DNA of 32,000 bases from Xylanibacter ruminicola 23 (lineage in GTDB: Bacteria > Bacteroidota > Bacteroidia > Bacteroidales > Bacteroidaceae), in the NCBI RefSeq assembly GCF_000025925.1, contig NC_014033.1:1410001-1442000 (forward strand). The letters run 5' to 3'. Positions 27,107 to 32,000 of the stretch are shown piece after piece. Position 1 is the stretch's first letter; each line of letters begins with the position of its first letter. A program made the translations under genes and the position numbers. Below the pieces are notes generated by a model. That model ran no database searches, was not told the origin of the DNA, and was given only the letters and a program-made list of their open reading frames with translations.

Positions 27107-27250
27107 CACCCGATTTTCGCCCCATAGGGGCAATAGGTGTAGGAACAGGCGCCCGCTCCTATCAATATTAACCCTTTAAAATATGGTCTGTTAAACGTCT
27201 GTACAGATCTCGCTCCGACACACAAACGAGGAGCACAAATTTATTTAATT

Positions 27251-29029
27251 ATGTCAGAATTAACAAAGAACGTTAAGCCACTCGACGATTTTAATTGGGA
27301 CGAGTTCGAGAATGGAACAGTTGCTAATGTTAGCAAGGAAGAGCTCGACAAGGCTTACGACGAAACCCTGAACAAGGTTGCCGACCATCAGGTAGTAGAG
27401 GGCACAGTAATCTCTATTGACAAGAAGGAAGTAGTTGTCAACATCGGCTACAAGAGCGACGGTATCATCCCCGCTTCTGAATTCCGCTACAACCCTGATC
27501 TGAAGATCGGCGACAAGGTAGAGGTTTACGTTGAGAGTGCAGAGGACAAGAAAGGTCAGCTGATCCTCTCTCACAAGAAGGCACGTCTGAGCCAGTCTTG
27601 GGAGAAGGTTAACGAGGCTCTCGAGGCAGACGCTATCATCCAGGGTTACATCAAGTGCCGCACTAAGGGCGGTATGATCGTTGACGTATTCGGTATCGAG
27701 GCCTTCCTCCCCGGATCACAGATTGACGTTCACCCAATACGCGACTACGACCAGTTCGTAGGCAAGACTATGGAGTTCAAGGTTGTTAAGATCAACCAGG
27801 AGTTCCGCAACGTAGTTGTATCTCACAAGGCTCTCATCGAGGCTGAGCTCGAGGCACAGAAGAAGGAGATTATCGGTAAGCTCGAAAAGGGTCAGATCCT
27901 CGAGGGTACCGTTAAGAACATCACTTCTTACGGTGTATTCGTTGACCTCGGTGGTGTTGACGGACTGATCCACATCACAGACCTTTCTTGGGGCCGCGTA
28001 GACGATCCTCACAAGGTTGTTGAGCTCGATCAGAAGATCAACGTTGTAATTCTCGACTTCGACGATGAGAAGCGTCGTATCGCTCTCGGTCTGAAGCAGC
28101 TCACTCCACATCCTTGGGATGCTCTGGATGCTGACCTCAAGGTGGGCGACCACGTTAAGGGTAAGGTAGTTGTTATTGCCGACTACGGTGCATTCGTTGA
28201 GATCCAGCCTGGTGTTGAGGGTCTGATCCACGTTTCAGAGATGTCATGGAGCCAGCACCTCCGTTCTGCTCAGGAGTTCCTGAAGGTTGGCGACGATGTA
28301 GAGGCTGTAATCCTGACTCTGGACCGCGACGAGCGCAAGATGTCTCTGGGTATCAAGCAGCTCCGCGAGGATCCATGGGAGGCTATCGAGACTAAGTATC
28401 CTGTAGGCAGCAAGCACACCGCTAAGGTTCGCAACTTCACCAACTTCGGTGTATTTGTTGAGCTCGAGGAGGGTGTTGATGGTCTGATTCACATCAGCGA
28501 CCTGAGCTGGACTAAGAAGGTTAAGCATCCTTCAGAGTTCACACAGGTAGGTGAGCAGATTGAGGTTGTAGTTCTGGATATCGATAAGGAGAACCGTCGT
28601 CTTTCTCTCGGTCACAAGCAGCTCGAGGAGAATCCTTGGGATGTATTCGAGGGTAAGTACGCTGTAGGTTCAATCCACGAGGGTAAGATCAGCGAGATGC
28701 TCGAGAAGGGCGCCGTTGTAGCTCTCGAGGAGAACGTAGAGGGCTTTGCTACTCCTAAGCACCTCGTTAAGGAGGATGGTTCACAGGCTCAGGCTGGTGA
28801 GACTCTCCAGTTCAAGGTTATCGAGTTCAACAAGGACTCTAAGCGCATCATCCTGTCACACAGCCGCACATTCGAGGATCCCGCTCGCGAGGAGAAGAAG
28901 GCAGCTGCTAAGAAGGGCGGCCGCAAGAACGATACTCCAAAGATCGAGAATATCGCCGCTAGCACAACTCTCGGTGATATCGACGCTCTGGCTGAGTTGA
29001 AGGCTAAGATGGAGAAGGCTGAGAAGTAA
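27251..29029 (+). CDS. rpsA: 30S ribosomal protein S1 (six S1 domains)
   Basis: 592 aa with repeated S1/OB modules (G.V..I...G..V.L..GV.GLIH.S..SW) and a Lys/Ala-rich C-terminal tail. Confidence 0.96.
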   Translation: MSELTKNVKPLDDFNWDEFENGTVANVSKEELDKAYDETLNKVADHQVVEGTVISIDKKEVVVNIGYKSDGIIPASEFRYNPDLKIGDKVEVYVESAEDKKGQLILSHKKARLSQSWEKVNEALEADAIIQGYIKCRTKGGMIVDVFGIEAFLPGSQIDVHPIRDYDQFVGKTMEFKVVKINQEFRNVVVSHKALIEAELEAQKKEIIGKLEKGQILEGTVKNITSYGVFVDLGGVDGLIHITDLSWGRVDDPHKVVELDQKINVVILDFDDEKRRIALGLKQLTPHPWDALDADLKVGDHVKGKVVVIADYGAFVEIQPGVEGLIHVSEMSWSQHLRSAQEFLKVGDDVEAVILTLDRDERKMSLGIKQLREDPWEAIETKYPVGSKHTAKVRNFTNFGVFVELEEGVDGLIHISDLSWTKKVKHPSEFTQVGEQIEVVVLDIDKENRRLSLGHKQLEENPWDVFEGKYAVGSIHEGKISEMLEKGAVVALEENVEGFATPKHLVKEDGSQAQAGETLQFKVIEFNKDSKRIILSHSRTFEDPAREEKKAAAKKGGRKNDTPKIENIAASTTLGDIDALAELKAKMEKAEK

Positions 29030-29053
29030 TTCTCACCTACCCTATAAAAACCA

Positions 29054-29085
29054 ATCCCTCCGATTTCCATCGGGGGGATTTTTTT
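29054..29085 (+). terminator. Intrinsic terminator of rpsA
   Basis: An 11-bp stem, ATCCCTCCGAT (29054-29064) with ATCGGGGGGAT (29069-29079, one T:G pair), a TTCC loop, then a T7 run. Confidence 0.85.
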
Positions 29086-29356
29086 GTCCCTACCCCTAAT
29101 TTCATTTTCTTTCTGTCACCAGATAGAAAACCGAAACAAAAGAAAGAGTGCGAAAACGTCCTGAGCTCGGAGGCCGGTACACAAATTCTTCAAATCACTC
29201 AAAGCGCTCGGCTTTGCCGCTTGGCTTGTCCAAGAACTCGCTACGCTCAAACAGCTTTTCGTATTTCGTTGTTCAGATTGCGTTCCGCAATCCGAAACTC
29301 AATATCGATTCAAAGAATTTGCATCCCTCTAAAGACCTCCTCGTGCGGAATGTTTT

Positions 29357-29525
29357 CGAGTGGGGGTTTGGGGGCTTGCCCCCATTAAGCAATAAAGGCC
29401 GAAGTCCCGGCCTGCCAAAACATAGCATGGATTTGGGTTTTCCCAAATCCAGGATTTAAGTCCCTTGCCAAAGATTGGCGAGGGGTTTGGGGAGTGGTTT
29501 GAAGCCCTCCTTAGGACAAGGAGGG
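29357..29525 (+). other. Cluster of five GC-rich stem-loops plus a G-rich direct repeat in non-coding DNA (unassigned: REP/MITE-like element, sRNA or activator-binding platform)
   Basis: Stem-loops: GGGGG-CTTG-CCCCC at 29370-29383; AGGCCG-AAGTCC-CGGCCT at 29396-29413; TGGATTTGGG-TTTT-CCCAAATCCA at 29428-29451; CCCTTGCCAA-AGA-TTGGCGAGGG at 29462-29484; CCCTCCTT-AGGAC-AAGGAGGG at 29505-29525. The direct repeat CGAG(T)GGGGTTTGGGG occurs at 29357-29374 and 29479-29492. Confidence 0.6.
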
Positions 29526-29542
29526 TTGGGTGGTTGTGACTT

Positions 29543-29558
29543 TGGCACGCTATTTGCA
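29543..29558 (+). promoter_or_regulatory. Sigma-54 (RpoN) -24/-12 promoter upstream of htpG
   Basis: TGGCACG-CTAT-TTGCA matches TGGCACG-N4-TTGCW at all specified positions with canonical spacing, on the same strand as htpG. The ATG is 66 nt downstream of the motif's end. I see no TAnnTTTG box in this interval. Confidence 0.65.
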
Positions 29559-29623
29559 TAATCGTGGATTAGACAATAAGAACAAATATCATTTTGATAA
29601 TAAGAACATAAATACATAAGATT

Positions 29624-31678
29624 ATGCAAAAAGGTAACATCGGGGTTACAACCGAGAACATTTTCCCCGTCATCAAAAAGTTTCTCTATTCTGATCACGA
29701 GATATTCCTCCGCGAAATGGTGTCGAACGCCGTTGACGCTACACAGAAGTTGAAGACACTGGCTGCTCAGGGCGAATACAAGCAGGAGCTTGGCGACCTG
29801 ACCGTACGCGTAAACCTGGATACCGACAAGGGTACCATCACCATCAGCGACCACGGTATCGGCATGACCGAGGAGGAGATTGACAAGTATATCAACCAGA
29901 TTGCTTTCTCGGGCGTTACCGACTTCCTTGAGAAGTATAAGGATAATGCCAACAATATCATCGGTCACTTCGGACTTGGTTTCTACTCAAGCTTCATGGT
30001 AGCCAAGAAGGTTGAGATTATTACCAAGAGCTGGAAGGAAGGCTCGAAGGCTGTTAAGTGGAGCTGCGACGGAAGTCCTGCCTACGAGATTGACGATGCT
30101 GAGCGCGAGCAGCACGGATCGGACATCATCCTGTACGTAGATGATGACTGCAAGGAGTTCCTCGATAAGTTCAAGCTCGAGGGATTGCTCAACAAGTACT
30201 GCAAGTTCATGGCTGTACCCGTGGCCTTTGGTAAGAAGACCGAATGGAAAGACGGCAAGCAGGTTGATACCGACGAGGACAACATCATCAATAGCGTAGA
30301 GCCCCTGTGGACCAAGACTCCAAGCACCTTGAAGGACGAGGACTACAAGAGCTTCTATCGCACACTCTACCCCATGAGCGACGAGCCTCTGTTCTGGATT
30401 CACCTGAACGTAGACTACCCATTCAATCTCACAGGTATCCTCTACTTCCCAAAAATCAAGAACAACATCGAGCTGCAGAAGAACAAGATTCAGTTGTACT
30501 GCAACCAGGTATTCGTGACCGACCAGGTAGAGGGTATCGTACCAGAGTTCCTCACCCTGCTTCATGGTGTGATCGACTCACCAGACATTCCTCTGAACGT
30601 ATCACGTTCGTACCTGCAGAGCGACCGCGAGGTTAAGAAGATCTCTACCTATATCACTAAGAAGGTAGCCGACCGCTTGAAGGCCATCTTTGGCGAGAAC
30701 CGCAAGGAGTACGAGGAGAAGTGGGACGACCTGAAGCTGTTTATCAACTACGGTATCCTGAGCGAGGACGGTTTCTACGATCGCGCCAAGGAGTTTGCAC
30801 TCTTCAAGGATACTGAGGGTAAGTACTTTACCTTCGACGAGTACAAGACTCTGATTGAGGCCAACCAGAAGGATAAGGACGACCAGTTGGTATATCTGTA
30901 CGCTACCGACAAGGAGGAGCAGTACAGCTACATCAAGGGTGCCCAGGATAAGGGTTACAGCGTGCTGCTGCTTGACGGACAGCTCGACGTACCAACCATC
31001 CAGACTCTGGAGCAGAAGTTTGAGAAGAGTCGCTTCACACGTGTAGACAGCGATATCATCGACCGACTGATTGTAAAGAGCGATGCACCTAAGAACAACC
31101 TGAGCGAGGATCAAAGTGACAATTTGTCAGCCGTATTCCGCACTCAGCTGCCAAAGATTGAGCATACAGAGTTTATGGTTCAGGTAGATGCCCTTGGTGC
31201 CGAGGCCCGTCCTGTAGTTATTACTCAGAACGAGTACATGCGCCGTATGAAGGAGATGAGCCGATTCCAGCCAGGTATGAGCTTCTATGGTCAGATGCCC
31301 GACTCGTTCAACCTTGTTCTGAACTCAGACCATCCTCTGGTAAAGAAGGTGCTTGATGAGAGCAGCGCAGCTACCGAGGAGGCCCTGAAGCCAATCGTAG
31401 CCGAACTGAAGGGTCAGGAAGCCCGTTTGGCTGCTATCCGTGCCCAGCAGGACAAGAAGAAGTACGACGAGCTTACACAGGAGGATAAGGACCAGAAGGC
31501 CGAGGCTGAGAAAGCCGTACAGGAGCAGAAGGACAAGAAGCAGGCTGTAATTGCCGAATATGCCAAGGGAAACTCGGTTGTTCATCAGCTGATTGACCTG
31601 GCTCTGCTGCAGAACGGTATGCTTAAAGGCGAAGCCCTGGATGCATTCCTGAAGCGCTCAGTTGATTTGATTAAATAA
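29624..31678 (+). CDS. htpG: Molecular chaperone HtpG (Hsp90)
   Basis: 684 aa with the GHKL ATPase N terminus (FLYSDHEIFLREMVSNAVDATQKL, ISDHGIGMT, IGHFGLGFYSSFMVA) and middle-domain motifs (LNVSRSYLQ). Confidence 0.96.
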   Translation: MQKGNIGVTTENIFPVIKKFLYSDHEIFLREMVSNAVDATQKLKTLAAQGEYKQELGDLTVRVNLDTDKGTITISDHGIGMTEEEIDKYINQIAFSGVTDFLEKYKDNANNIIGHFGLGFYSSFMVAKKVEIITKSWKEGSKAVKWSCDGSPAYEIDDAEREQHGSDIILYVDDDCKEFLDKFKLEGLLNKYCKFMAVPVAFGKKTEWKDGKQVDTDEDNIINSVEPLWTKTPSTLKDEDYKSFYRTLYPMSDEPLFWIHLNVDYPFNLTGILYFPKIKNNIELQKNKIQLYCNQVFVTDQVEGIVPEFLTLLHGVIDSPDIPLNVSRSYLQSDREVKKISTYITKKVADRLKAIFGENRKEYEEKWDDLKLFINYGILSEDGFYDRAKEFALFKDTEGKYFTFDEYKTLIEANQKDKDDQLVYLYATDKEEQYSYIKGAQDKGYSVLLLDGQLDVPTIQTLEQKFEKSRFTRVDSDIIDRLIVKSDAPKNNLSEDQSDNLSAVFRTQLPKIEHTEFMVQVDALGAEARPVVITQNEYMRRMKEMSRFQPGMSFYGQMPDSFNLVLNSDHPLVKKVLDESSAATEEALKPIVAELKGQEARLAAIRAQQDKKKYDELTQEDKDQKAEAEKAVQEQKDKKQAVIAEYAKGNSVVHQLIDLALLQNGMLKGEALDAFLKRSVDLIK

Positions 31679-31696
31679 AAGAATCAAGCATAAAGA

Positions 31697-31730
31697 AAGC
31701 TCCCAATTTTGAAGTTGGGAGCTTTTTTTT
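31697..31730. terminator. Bidirectional intrinsic terminator shared by htpG and the convergent kinase gene
   Basis: A 10-bp stem, AAGCTCCCAA (31697-31706) with TTGGGAGCTT (31715-31724), then a T8 run on the + strand and an A-rich run on the other side. The T run overlaps the minus-strand stop codon at 31729-31731. Confidence 0.85.
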
Positions 31731-32000
31731 ATTTAGGTAATTCGAGCGTTACACGACAACCTTGATGATAATCGGCATCGAAAACCAGATTTCCACCCAA
31801 GCTCTTAGCATGGCGTTTGGCCAATGGAAGACCTAAGCCGAGACCTTCGGACAAATCGCCTTCGCGGGTAAATGGCTCGAACAGAAGCTCTTTCTTGTCG
31901 TCGGGCAATCCCGGACCTACATCCTCTACCGTATAGCTAACGGTATTATCGGTATCGGTAATACTCAGCTTGATATGCTGACCATCTGAATATTTCGCAG
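31729..32000 (-). CDS. Sensor histidine kinase, C-terminal HATPase_c fragment (5' end off-window; absent from the ORF track)
   Basis: Hand translation of the minus strand gives ...AKYSDGQHIKLSITDTDNTVSYTVEDVGPGLPDDKKELLFEPFTREGDLSEGLGLGLPLAKRHAKSLGGNLVFDADYHQGCRVTLELPK*. It contains the G1 (DVGPGL), F (FEPF) and G2 (GLGLGL) boxes. Confidence 0.8.
   Translation of the reverse strand, partial: AKYSDGQHIKLSITDTDNTVSYTVEDVGPGLPDDKKELLFEPFTREGDLSEGLGLGLPLAKRHAKSLGGNLVFDADYHQGCRVTLELPK

Noticed and set aside
29391-29413. AAAGGCCGAAGTCCCGGCC as a possible RNase P RNA CR-I element (GAGGAAAGUCCGGGC)
   Set aside because: The resemblance is superficial (GTCCCGGC against GTCCGGGC). No other RNase P conserved regions surround it. 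It is adequately explained as a simple hairpin.
29362-29535. Possible G-quadruplex from the GGGGG/GGGG/GGG runs on the plus strand
   Set aside because: The G runs are paired with C runs in local hairpins and are spread over more than 150 nt, so there is no compact four-run G4 motif. This is too speculative to report.
29148-29559. Two overlapping ORFs (103 aa on plus, 76 aa on minus) in the rpsA-htpG gap
   Set aside because: Both have low-complexity P/S/G/R/N-rich products and mutually exclusive frames over hairpin-rich DNA, with no promoter box. I treat the region as non-coding.

Overview
This looks like a core chromosomal segment of a Bacteroidota genome, probably Bacteroidales or Prevotella-like. 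I infer that from three things: a TAnnTTTG -7 promoter box in front of almost every transcription unit, no Shine-Dalgarno sequences, and an atpDC-first F-ATPase operon with a short epsilon subunit. GC is roughly 50-55% by hand count.

Gene content, left to right:
- The 3' part of a DnaQ-like exonuclease gene.
- A decayed, AT-rich gene remnant.
- On the minus strand, a complete F1Fo ATP synthase operon (atpD-atpC-small membrane ORF-atpB-E-F-H-A-G).
- A P-loop NTPase/CYTH fusion gene, pfkA, an NhaD-type antiporter, and an orphan sensor histidine kinase with a periplasmic solute-binding domain.
- A nitroreductase-kdsC-maf-djlA-like cluster.
- A FemAB-like acyltransferase gene, a small lipoprotein gene, and a RelA-type (p)ppGpp synthetase.
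- On the plus strand, a DUF4301-like gene. A TetR regulator gene on the minus strand lies between it and the next plus-strand genes.
- A frameshifted maeB, gdhA, rpsA and htpG.
- The 3' end of a second histidine kinase, which the ORF track missed.

I found no tRNA or rRNA, CRISPR array, transposase or integrase, and no recognisable defence or toxin system. I cannot honestly point to a new multi-gene system here.

The signals most worth following up are non-coding or architectural:
1. A perfect sigma-54 -24/-12 promoter in front of htpG, preceded by about 450 bp of unexplained hairpin-rich DNA.
2. A family of TTTAAT(G/C) heptanucleotide tandem arrays that fill intercistronic spacers.
3. A 111-bp dyad-symmetric divergent promoter carrying 3+3 TTCGTG-type repeats.
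4. A 13-heptad A-x-x-(N/S) repeat stalk in the histidine kinase.
5. Single-base frameshifts in maeB (at a C6 run) and in the AT-rich remnant gene.
6. Two poorly characterised enzymes: the P-loop/CYTH fusion and a DUF4301 protein with UDPGP-like motifs.
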